From Eledone cirrhosa (taxonomy: Eukaryota), in NCBI GenBank assembly GCA_964016885.1, contig OZ024741.1:65410001-65474000 (forward strand): a DNA stretch of 64,000 bases, read 5' to 3'. Both the position numbers and the translations under genes were made by a program. Of this stretch, positions 12,770 through 25,022 are shown in pieces. Each line of letters starts with the position of its first letter. Positions within the stretch are counted from its first letter, which is position 1. A model generated the notes under the pieces. The model ran no database searches and was not told where the DNA came from. It was given only the letters and a program-made list of their open reading frames with translations.

Positions 12770-12858
12770 GAACATTGCTCTTGTATATACTACTTGTATA
12801 TAAAAACATTGCTCTTGTATATACTACTTGTATATAAAAACATTGCTCTTGTATATAA
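12770..12858. repeat. 34-bp tandem repeat, about 2.6 copies
   Basis: aacattgctcttgtatatactacttgtatataaa repeated. Confidence 0.9.
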
Positions 12859-13279
12859 TACTCATTGGCTTCTCTTTAGTATTATGATGTATGGAGAAAA
12901 AAAGGTTTAGTCAGGCTTATAATTGCTGTATAAAATACATTGAAAAATGTCCTCAATGCTACATGAAACAAAAGCAAATTTAAAAGTGAACTTATTTATT
13001 GAAAGCATCAGATAGAAAGCTTTATATTGTTCTATCTGGCTCTCTGTACTCTGTATTGAAGTCATGCCAAGGTTAACTTTGCTTTTCATCTTTTCAGTAG
13101 GTTAATAAGTAAAGTATCAGCTTTGTGTACTGGAGTTTGTTCATTCTCCCCCTCTCTCACTCACACACATACACACACACACACACACACGCACACGCAC
13201 ACGCTCACACACACACACACACACTCACACACACACGCTCACACACACACACACGCTCACACACACACACACACACGCG

Positions 13280-13313
<34 letters not shown>

Positions 13314-13393
13314 CACACACACACACTCACACACACACACGCTCACACACACACACGCTCACACGCTCACACACACACACAGACAGGCAGACT

Positions 13394-13424
<31 letters not shown>

Positions 13425-14035
13425 GAACACCAGAGGTGTTCAGATATCTGGAAAGAGAGATGGGCTCTGTCAAAATCGCTCTATAACTCTATAAGTTGTT
13501 GAGAGACAAAAGAAGGAAGAATGTGTGTGTGTGTGTGTATGTATATGTGAGTGTGTGTGCATGTATATGCATGCATGTATGTATGCATGTATATATATAT
13601 GTATGTGGGTGTGCATATATATGTGAGTGTGTGAATATATATATATATGTATGTGTGTGTGTGTGTACATATGTCAGCTTGATCAGACTATCATAGTTAG
13701 AGATATACAACAATATGAACAGCAGCAGCAGCAACAACAACAACAACAAAGGCACCTAATATAATAACAACTACAATGAATACAGCTAAAATTAACAAAA
13801 GTATGATGGTAGCAGATTTGGTAGTGACCAAAATAGTAACAATCCCAACAGCTGCTTCAGATGGGTCAAAAATAGAAGTAAAACAGGAAAACATTCCAAA
13901 TACAAAATGAAATTAAATTCTTTGAATTCCATCCAAAAATATTAATCAAAATTTATATATCTAAGAATGTGTCCATGTTTAGGTGTGTGAATACATGTAT
14001 TGTGTGTGTGTGTGTGTGTGTCTGTATATATATAC

Positions 14036-14260
14036 CATCATCATCATCACCGTATAACGTCCATTTTCCACAATGGCATGGGATAGATGAGTTATCTTGG
14101 GAGCAATGCTAGGTCAGATGGTCATGTCATGCTTGTACAGAACTGATTTTAGCTTGGTTTCTACAGCTGGAAGTCCTTCCTAGCACCAACCTCATTTACA
14201 GTGAGTACTGGGTGCTTTTTGCGTGACACCTACATGACCACTTTACAGTGTGGGCTGGCG
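14036..14260 (-). mobile_element. Diverged RTE-type 3' UTR/tail
   Basis: (CAT)n, terminal hairpin remnant, ttctacagctgg...ccaacctcatttacagtg module. Confidence 0.75.
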
Positions 14261-14483
14261 TGTGTATATATATATATATATATATCTATCTATCTATCTA
14301 TATATATATATATATATGTAGATAAATCTACCAAGAGTTTACGGTAGTGTCCAATCCGTATGAAGAACTCAATGTATTCCGGATATCATGGAAAGAAGAG
14401 ATGTAATGAAAAATCACTTTCGGTGAAAGATAAACGGTATACAGAGTCAAGATAAAATATTAATATTTTATATATATATATAT

Positions 14484-14680
14484 ACGTTATTCCGGGTTGA
14501 ATCGGAGGTAACCACAGTAAGTAAGGTACTCAATACATTGCAGAGTATAAAAGTTTTAATATAGATGAGATTCTACAGGACTAGAACTGTTTCATTCTTT
14601 AGAAATCATCAGGAGATTCCTGATGATTTCTAAAGAATGAAACAGTTCTAGTCCTGTAGAATCTCATCTATATTAAAACT

Positions 14681-14681
<1 letters not shown>
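14484..14681 (-). mobile_element. PLE-type pseudo-LTR fragment with perfect 64-bp inversion
   Basis: Arms 14551-14614 / 14618-14681, loop gat; each arm has CTGATGA-t-ttct-aa-agaa-t-GAAAC; TA-flanked. Confidence 0.7.
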
Positions 14682-14952
<271 letters not shown>

Positions 14953-16443
14953 CACGCTAGCATGGGTTAGACGGGTTGTCCTGTTGTGGGCAGTGTCTGG
15001 TCGGCTGACCATGCCTTGCTCATACAGGAACTGATCTGGCTTGATTTCTACAGCTGGATGCCCTTCCTAACACCAACCTCATTTACAGTGAGTGCTGGGT
15101 GCTTTTTCGTGGCGCCTACACGTCCACTTTACAGTGTGGGCTGGGTGCTTTTTTGCCGTGGCACCTCCACGACCACCTTGCGGTGGGGGAGGGGGGGGGG
15201 GGCATATTGTTTATATGCTTCAGCATGTACCCATGGGAGGTCGGGTACCCTGTATTACTGCGTGACGCCAGAAGTCACGGTCGTGTGTCATTGACTTTGA
15301 GAGGTGTAGTTGGGTAAGGTCGGCTTTTATCACCTCATCCCAAGTCATCTTGGGTCTCCCCACTCCGCGGTTTCCATCAACTTCTAGTGCTCTGCACCTT
15401 TTTATGCAGCTGTCATCCTTCATACGCATCACATGTCCATACCAGCGTAACCGCCTCTCCTGCACGCAGCATTTGATTCCTCTTATGCTCAGTCTCTCTC
15501 TCAATTCATTTATGCTTTGTCGTTCACGTATATTACTGTTACACATCCATCGGAGCATGCAGGCTTCGTTTCTCTCTAATCTACGTAAGTCTTCCACCTT
15601 CAGCGCCCAGGTCTCACTACCATGCAACATCGCTGTTCGGATACACGCATCATACAGTCTGCCTTTCATTCTGAGGGAGAAGCCTTTTGCAGCTAGCAGT
15701 GGTAGTAGTTCCCTAAACTTCTTCCATCCCGTTCTTACCCTAGTTATTGTACTTTCTGAGCACCCACCTCCGTTGCTAATTCGGTCACCTAGGTAGCAGA
15801 AGCTGTCTACTGTTTCTACAGGGCCCTCCCAGAGATTGGTGGTACTTGTTTCCTGTGGCTGTTTGCTTGCTGTTTCAGCACAGCTGCTGCATGTGAATCC
15901 TACATTCTTAATTAAGCTTCCTGAGATCCCGCTACATCTCTTGTGTACCCATTGTTTGCATTTGGGGCAAAGAATGGAGTTCCTACCTACACCTTTCCTA
16001 CATACTGAGCAAGGCCATTTCCCTGAGGGGATCTGGGTTCTGTTTTCTCGTCTACTTATAAGGACCTTAGTCTTTGTCATGTTGACTTTGAGGCCCTTTC
16101 TCTCTAGTCCCTGCTTCCAGGTTTGGAATTTATTCTCTAGTTCTACCATAGATTCAGCTATGAGTGCGAGGTCATCAGCATACAGGAGTTCCCATGGGCA
16201 TCCGGTCTTAAACTCCTCCGTTATTGCCTGCAGGACTATGATGAACAGGAGAGGGCTAAGAACAGAGCCCTGGTGGACCCCAACCTGTACGCTAAATTCC
16301 TCGCTATACTCATTGCCAATCCTAACTTTGCTGACTGCTCCCCTATACATGGCTTGTACCGCTTTCACAAGCCATTCATCTACTCCTAGTTTTCTAAGAG
16401 CCCACCAGATTACTGCACGTGGAACTCTGTCAAAGGCTTTCTC
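14953..16443 (-). mobile_element. RTE LINE family B, 5'-truncated copy also lacking its terminal tail
   Basis: ORF 15220-16368: GVHQGSVLSPLLF, LLYADDL, PHD-like Cys cluster, FCYLG, RRLRWYGHVMR; both ends abut (TA)n. Confidence 0.95.
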
Positions 16444-16506
16444 TTATATATATATATCTCTTATATATATATATATTATATATATATATATTATATATAT
16501 ATATAT

Positions 16507-16583
<77 letters not shown>

Positions 16584-16584
16584 A

Positions 16585-16628
<44 letters not shown>

Positions 16629-16629
16629 A

Positions 16630-16676
<47 letters not shown>

Positions 16677-16709
16677 TTATATATATTATATATATATATA
16701 TATATATTA

Positions 16710-16817
<108 letters not shown>

Positions 16818-16839
16818 ATATATATATATATATATATAT

Positions 16840-16917
<78 letters not shown>

Positions 16918-17183
16918 GGGTGATGTGTTGTTTCCTTGAGCAAGACACTTTATTTCACGTTGCTCCAGTTTAATCAGCTGTAGAAATGAGATGATAGGGA
17001 CTGGGGTCCCTATCATTCCACTGCAAAGTGGTTGTGGAGGTGCCACGGCAAAAAAGCACCCAGCACTCACTGTAAATGAGGTTGGTGTTAGGAAGGGCAT
17101 CCAGCTGTAGAAATCAAGCCAGAATCAGTTCCCGTCCCACCCTTGCAAGCAGGGAAAAGTGGACGTAAAATGAAATGATGATG

Positions 17184-17222
<39 letters not shown>

Positions 17223-17233
17223 ATTATATATAT

Positions 17234-17265
<32 letters not shown>

Positions 17266-17276
17266 ATTATATATTA

Positions 17277-17510
<234 letters not shown>

Positions 17511-17636
17511 ATATTATATATATATATTATATATATATATATTATATATATATATATTATATATATATATATTATATATATATATTATATATATATATAT
17601 ATTATATATATATTATATATATATATATATTATAAA

Positions 17637-17679
<43 letters not shown>

Positions 17680-17840
17680 ATATATATATAATATATATAT
17701 ATACCCCACTCGCCAGAGCGTGAAATTAATAAACATTCGTTGTACTGCCTCTCTGTTCAAATTTTTCCATTATATATTATATATATATATATATGTATAT
17801 ATATTATATATATATATATATATTATATATATATATATTA

Positions 17841-17881
<41 letters not shown>

Positions 17882-17964
17882 TATATATTTATATATATAT
17901 TATATATATTATATATATATATATATTATATATATTATATATATATATTATATATTATATATAT

Positions 17965-17998
<34 letters not shown>

Positions 17999-18008
17999 AT
18001 ATATATAT

Positions 18009-18055
<47 letters not shown>

Positions 18056-18122
18056 AATATATATATTATATATATATATAGACTGCTAATTAGCGACCTC
18101 ATAGTCAGTTACCATCCGTATG

Positions 18123-18296
18123 CATCATCATCATCATCATCATCATCATCGTTTAACGTCCGTGTTCCACGCTTGCATGGGTTTGGACGGGAGTTTTCCC
18201 ACTTGAGGCAAGAGTGGTTGTCTTGCTCGCATAGGACTGTCTGGCGGGTTTTCTACAGCTGGATGCCCTTCCTAACACCAACCATATTTACAGTGT
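18123..18296 (-). mobile_element. RTE family A tail-only insert (~170 bp)
   Basis: Reverse complement of 20925-21096; near-identical copy with the same breakpoint at 24824-24990. Confidence 0.9.
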
Positions 18297-18310
18297 ACAT
18301 ATATATATAT

Positions 18311-18343
<33 letters not shown>

Positions 18344-18388
18344 ATATATATATAATATATATATATATTATATATATATATATAATAT

Positions 18389-21092
18389 AGACTGCTAATT
18401 AGCGACCTCATAGTCAGGACGAGACGTACTAGACAACAGAAGAGGAATATCCTCAGGAGAAAAATATGGAAGCTAATATGGAAGCTAATATGGAAGCTAA
18501 TATGGAAGCCAGAAATAAATTTCAAAGCATGTTACTTGATGTTTTCGACAGTAAGGAAGAGCAATTAGAGTCAGATAATATAGAGGAACAGTGGGAATTC
18601 CTGAAAGCAAACCTGCTGATGGCGGCAGACGAAGTCTGTGGCTGAAGCAGGCCTGTAGGTAGGAGGAGAGTAACATGGTGGTGGAACAGTAAGGTGGAGG
18701 AGTCAATTAAGGCCAAAAAGCAGGCTTGGAAAGTATGGCGGGATGGGGGAAGTAGAGAAGACTATCAAGTGGCCAGGAGGGAAGCTAGGAGACAAGTGTA
18801 CTTCGCAAGAAGGGAAGCAGAGGAAAGAAAGTTCAAGCATGTTCTACAACGTCGAGGACCAAAAACGTGAGGTGTTCAGGATTGCTAGGCAATGTGTCAA
18901 GGAAAAACCATGATATTGTCGGGGAGAGTGTGTACTTAATGATGATGGCGTATTTGCCATCAATGACGCTGATAAGAAGGTAGCTTGGAAGTGTCACTAT
19001 GAAAGGCTTCTAAATGAGGAGAATAAATGGAGGGAGCGGCAGTGTTAGTCGAAGGTAGTATAATAAGTAAGGCAATCAAAGATATGAAGATGGGTAAGGC
19101 GGCTGGGCCTTCGGAAATAGTTGCTGAGATGCTGAAAGCCTCTGGACGGTGGGACACACCATGGTCACCCGGATAGTAAACCAAGTCATACAGAATGGGG
19201 TTGTTCCGAAGGACTGGCGTAGCAGCATCATCATTAACTGTTACAAGGGTAAAGGAGATGCCCTAGATAGGAGTAACTATAGAGGCATTAAATTAATCGA
19301 CCAGGTCATGAAGGTCACAGAAAAAGTAATAGCGCAACTAATCAGAGAGAGAATCGATCTAGATGAAATGCAGTTCGGTTTTGAGTCAGGCAAAAGTACC
19401 ACAGACGCTCTTTTCATTGTACGACAACTACAGGAGAAGTACCTAGCTAAAAGTAAACCCCTATACTTAGCTTTTGTTGACTTGGAGAAAGCCTTTGACA
19501 GAGTCCCCCGTTCCATTATCTGGTGGGCTCTTAGAAAACTAGGTGTTGACGAATGGCTTGTGAGAGCTATACAAGCCATGTATAAAGAAACAGTCAGCAA
19601 GGTTAGAATTAACAACGAATATAGTGAAGAGTTTAGTGTAAAAGTTGGTGTTCATCAGGGCTCTGTTCTTAGCCCCCTGCTATTTATTATTGCCCTTCAG
19701 GCTATAAACAGTGGAGTTCAAGACCGGCTGCCCATGGGAACTCCTAATACGCAGATGATCTAACGCTCATAGCTGAATCAATGGCCGAGCTAGAGAAGAA
19801 ATTCCAAACATGGAAGCACGGCCTAGAATCAAAAGGCCTTAAAATTAACCTGGCTAAGACTAAAGTTCTAGTTTGTAGGAAAGAAAATAAGGCGACGGTC
19901 CCTTCTGGGAAATGGCCATGCTCAGTGTGTAGGAAAGGCGTAGGTAGAAACTCCATTTTATGTTCCAAATGCAAAGTATGAGTGCATAAAAGATATAGTG
20001 GGATCACAGGTAAGCTAACTAAGAACATAGATTTTACATGTGGCCGGTGCTCTGGTGCAATAAGTAGCAGCAAGTGCCCACAAAATACTAGCTCTTTCAT
20101 TTGCGCAGAGGGTTCTATAGAAATAGTGGACAGCTTCCGTTACCTGAGTGACAAAATCAGCAGTGGGGAGGGTGCTCTGAAAGTACAGTAGCTAGAGTCA
20201 GACCAGGATGGAAAAAGTTCAGAGAGCTTATACCACTATTAGCCGCTAAAGGGTTCTCCCTAAAAATGAAAGGCAGGTTGTATGATGCCTGCATACGAAC
20301 AGCAATGTTGCATGGCAGTGAGACCTGGGCATTGTGTGCAGAGGATATACGCAGACTAGAGAGGAACGACGCTTGCATGCTCCGCTGGATGTGTAATAGT
20401 AATATACGTGAACGGCAAAGCATAAGCGAACTAAGGAAAAAATTAGAAATAAGAGGGATCAGATGTTGTTTACTCAAGAGAAGGCTACGTTGGTATGGCC
20501 ACGTGATGCGCATGAAAGACGACAGCTGTATAACAAAGTGCAGGGCAATAAAGATAGACGGTAGCTATGGAGTAGGCAGACCCGGAAAAACCTGGGACGA
20601 CCTGATAAATTCCAACCTCACACACTTACACCTCTCCAAGACAATGTCACAGGACCGAGACCTTTGGCGGTACTCAGTAATAGAGAAGACCCGCCTTACC
20701 TAAATACAAAGTAAAACCTACTACAGTCAGCAGGCATCTCTAACAAAAGACACCCCGTCCCACCGCCCCCACCCCATCCACACCGCCCCTTTCAATGTAA
20801 AGTTATGTTGGTGCCACAACATCCAGGCCGAAACAAATGAGATTGTGTAGGTGTCACGACAAAAAAACACACAGTCCACGCTGTAATGTGGCCGCGTAGG
20901 CAACACGGTGAAAACCTCCCAGCCCCACACTGTAAATGTGGTTGGTGTTAGAAAGGGCATCCAGCTGTAGAAAACCCGCCAGACAGTCCTATGCGAGCAA
21001 GACAATCACTCTTGCCTCAAGTGGGAAAACTCCCGTCCAAACCCATGCAAGCGTGGAACACGGACGTTAAACGATGATGATGATGATGATGA

Positions 21093-21096
<4 letters not shown>
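18389..21096 (+). pseudogene. RTE LINE family A, 5'-truncated, frameshifted copy
   Basis: Highly similar to 22017-24746; RT split over ORFs 19149, 19781, 19982, 20266; W>stop and C>Y in the PHD-like finger; 12-bp triplication aatatggaagct near 18463-18510; (GAT)n tail. Confidence 0.95.
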
Positions 21097-21127
<31 letters not shown>

Positions 21128-21157
21128 TATATATATTATATATATATATATTATATA

Positions 21158-21214
<57 letters not shown>

Positions 21215-21261
21215 ATTATATATATATATTATATATATATTCTATATATATATATATATTA

Positions 21262-24200
21262 TCCCCCCGCCCCTCACCGCCCCCAACCCCCAAACGCAAT
21301 CCAAAACTTCAGAGTTGGTACCATAAATGTAGGCACCCTAAAGGGTCGCGCTAACGAGGTTGTAGAAATGCTTGAACGTAAGGAGGTCGATGTTTGTTGT
21401 ATTCAAGAGACCAGGTGGAGGGGTGGGTCTGCTAGGTTCATTGAGGGTAAAAAACGATGTTATAAGCTTTTCTGGGTGGGAAACGACGATGGGCTGGGTG
21501 GAGTAGGAATCATGGTAGCAGAAAAGTGGGCATAATAAGATAATAGACGTAAATAGAGTGAACGACAGAATAATTAAAATACGACTTGTCCTCAATAGAA
21601 CTACGGTGACAGTAATATCTGCGTACGCACCCCAATCCGGACTGCCCGGCACTATAAAAGACAGATTCTATGAGACACTGATGCTAACTACCTCCCAAAT
21701 ATCCGACAGTGACTATATAATTATCGCAGGCGACCTAAATGGTCACGTTGGACAACATTGTGACGGCTACGACGAAATCCATGGAGGCTATGGGTTTGGT
21801 ACTAGAAATGAGGAAGGCTCCAGAATCCTGGAATTCTGTGATGCAAATAACCTAACTATCTGTAACACTAACTTCAAAAAACGTGACAATCACCTGATCA
21901 CCTATAGATCCGGGGAACACACAAGCCAGGTAGATTATATCCTTACCAGAAGACGTGACAGAGTGTCTGTTGTTAACACTAAATCCCTCCCCCATGAAGA
22001 ATGCACCTCCCAACATAGACTGATAATTAGCGACCTCATAGTCAGGACGAGACGTACTCGACAACAGAAGAGGACTATCCCCAGGAGGAAAATATGGAAG
22101 CTAAAGGACCCCACAGCCAGGAATAAATTTCAAAGCATATTACTTGATGCTTTCGACAGTAAGGAAGAACATTTAGAGTCGGACAATATAGAGGGAGAGT
22201 GGGAATTTCTGAAAGCAAACCTGCTGTTGGCGACAGACGAGGTCTGTGGCTGGAGCAGGCCTGTAGGCAGGAGGAGAGTAACATGGTGGTGGAACAGTAA
22301 GGTGGAGGGGTCAATTAAGGCCAAAAAGCAGGCTTGGAAAGTATGGCGGGATGGGGGAAGTAGAGAGGACTATCAAGTGGCCAGGAGGGAAGCTAGGAGA
22401 CAAGTGTACTTAGCAAGAAGGGAAGCTGAGGAAAGAAAGTTCAAGCATGTTCTACAACGCGATGACCAAAAACGTGAGGTGTTCAGGATTGCTAGGCAAT
22501 GCGTCAAGGAAAACCGTGATATTGTCGGGGAGAAGTGTGTACTAAACGACGATGGCACACTTGCCATCACCGACGCTGATAAGAAGGTAGCTTGGAAGTG
22601 TCACTATGAAAGGCTTCTAAATGAGGAGAATAATTGGGAGAAAGGCAGTCTCCCCCATATCGACCCAATAGAGGGACCAGCAGTGTTAGTCGAGGGGAGT
22701 ATAATAAGTAAGGCAATCAAGGATATGAAGACTGGTAAGGCGGCTGGGCCTTCGGAAATAGTTGCTGAGATGCTGAAGGCATCTGGCACGGTGGGACACA
22801 CCATGGTCACCCGCATAGTTAACCAAGTCGTACAGAATGGGGTTGTTCCGAAGGACTGGCATAGCAGCATCATCGTTAACTGTTATAAGGGTAAAGGAGA
22901 CGCCCTAGATAGGAGTAACTATAGAGGCATTAAATTAATCGACCAGGTCATGAAGGTCACGGAAAGAGTAATAGCGCAACTAATCAGAGAGAGAATTGAC
23001 CTAGATGAAATGCAGTTCGGGTTTGTGTCAGGCAAAAGTACCACAGACGCTCTTTTCATAGTACGACAACTACAGGAGAAGTACCTAGCTAAAGGTAAAC
23101 CCCTCTACTTAGCTTTTGTCGACTTGGAGAAAGCCTTCGACAGAGTCCCCCGCTCCATTATCTGGTGGGCTCTTAGAAAACTAGGCGTTGACGAATGGCT
23201 TGTGAGGGCTATACAAGCCATGTATAAAGAAACAGTCAGCAAGGTTAGAATTAACAACGAATATAGTGAAGAGTTTAGCGTAAAAGTTGGCGTCCATCAG
23301 GGCTCTGTTCTCAGTCCACTACTATTTATTATTGCCCTTCAGGCTATAACAGAGGAGTTCAAGACCGGCTGCCCATGGGAACTCCTATACGCAGACGACC
23401 TGACACTCATAGCTGAATCAATGGCCGAGCTAGAGAAGAAATTCCAAACATGGAAGCACGGCCTAGAGTCAAAAGGACTTAAAATTAACCTGGCTAAGAC
23501 CAAAGTACTAGTTTGTAGGAAAGAAAACAAGGCGGCGGTCCCTTCTGGGAAATGGTCGTGCTCGGTGTGTAGGAAAGGCGTAGGTAGAAACTCCATTTTA
23601 TGTCCTAAATGCAAAGTATGGGTGCATAAAAGATGTAGTGGGATCACAGGTAAGCTAACTAAGAACATAGATTTTACATGTGGCCGGTGCTCTGGTGCAA
23701 TAAGTAGCAGCAAGTGCCCACAAACTACTAGCTCTTTCAATTGCGCAGAGGGTTCTATAGAAATAGTGGACAGCTTCCGTTACCTGGGCGATAAAATCAG
23801 CAGTGGGGGAGGGTGCTCTGAAAGTACTGTAGCTAGAGTCAGAACTGGTTGGAAAAAGTTCAGAGAGCTTATACCACTATTAGCTGCTAAAGGGTTCTCA
23901 CTAAAAATGAAAGGCAGGTTGTACGATGCCTGCATACGAACAGCAATGTTGCATGGCAGTGAGACCTGGGCATTGTGTGCAGAGGATATACGCAGACTAG
24001 AGAGGAACGACGCTTGCATGCTCCGCTGGATGTGTAATAGTAATATACGTGAACGGCAAAGCATAAACGAACTAAGGAAAAAATTAGAGATAAGAGGGAT
24101 CAGATGTTGTTTACTCGAGAGAAGGCTACGTTGGTATGGACACGTGATGCGCATGAAAGTCGATAGCTGTATAACAAAGTGCAGGGCAATAAAGATAGAC

Positions 24201-24746
24201 GGTAGTCACGGAATAGGCAGACCTAGAAAAACCTGGGACGAGCTGATAAACTCCGACATCACACACTTACACCTCTCCAAGACAATGTCACTGGACCGAG
24301 ACCTTTGGCGGTACTCAGTAACAGAGAAGACCCGCCTTACCTAAATATATAGTAAAACCTACTCCAGCCAGTAGGCATCTCTAACAAAATACACCCCGTC
24401 CCACCACCACCACCCCCACCCGATCCACACCACCCCGTTTTATGTAAAGTTATGTTGGTGCCGCGCCATCGAGGCCGAAACAAATGAGATCGTGTAGGTG
24501 TCACGACAAAAAAACACACAGTCCACGCTGTAATGTGGCCGTGTAGGCAACACGGTAAAAACCTCCCAGACCCACACTGTAAATGTGGTTGGTGTTAGGA
24601 AGGGCATCCAACTGTAGAAAACCTGCCAGACAGTCCTATGCGAGCAAGACAATCACTCTTGCCTCAAGTGGGACTACCCCCGTCCAAACCCATGCAAGCG
24701 TGGAACACGGACGTTAAACGTTGATGATGATGATGATGATGATGAT
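21262..24746 (+). mobile_element. Near-full-length RTE-clade LINE, family A
   Basis: APE + RT single-ORF layout, ~400-bp 3' UTR, terminal hairpin, (GAT)n tail, embedded in (TA)n. Confidence 0.97.
21263..24344 (+). CDS. RTE ORF: APE endonuclease + reverse transcriptase with internal PHD-type finger (one +1 frameshift near 21530)
   Basis: Upstream frame FRVGTINVGTL...VCCIQETRW...GVGIMV ends TAA TAA at 21533-21538. The ORF from 21558 continues SAYAPQ, GDLNGHVG, QVDYIL, SQHR, then NYRGIKL, QFGF, FVDLEKAFD, GVHQGSVLSP, YADD (23388), C4HC3 (23559-23690), FRYLG, WYGHVMR. Confidence 0.93.
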
Positions 24747-24788
24747 ATTATATATATATATTATATATATAATATATATATATTATAT

Positions 24789-24825
<37 letters not shown>

Positions 24826-25022
24826 CATCATCATCATCATCATCGTTTAACGTCCGTGTTCCACGCTTGCATGGGTTTGGACGGGAGTTTTCCCACTTGA
24901 GGCAAGAGTGATTGTCTTGCTCGCATAGGACTGTCTGGCGGGTTTTCTACAGCTGGATGCCCTTCCTAACACCAACCATATTTACAGTGTACATATATAT
25001 ATATTATATATATATATATATT

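Noticed and set aside
13697-13894. Hydrophobic membrane-like peptide
   Set aside because: Largely the reverse translation of (CAA)/(CAG) microsatellite-rich sequence
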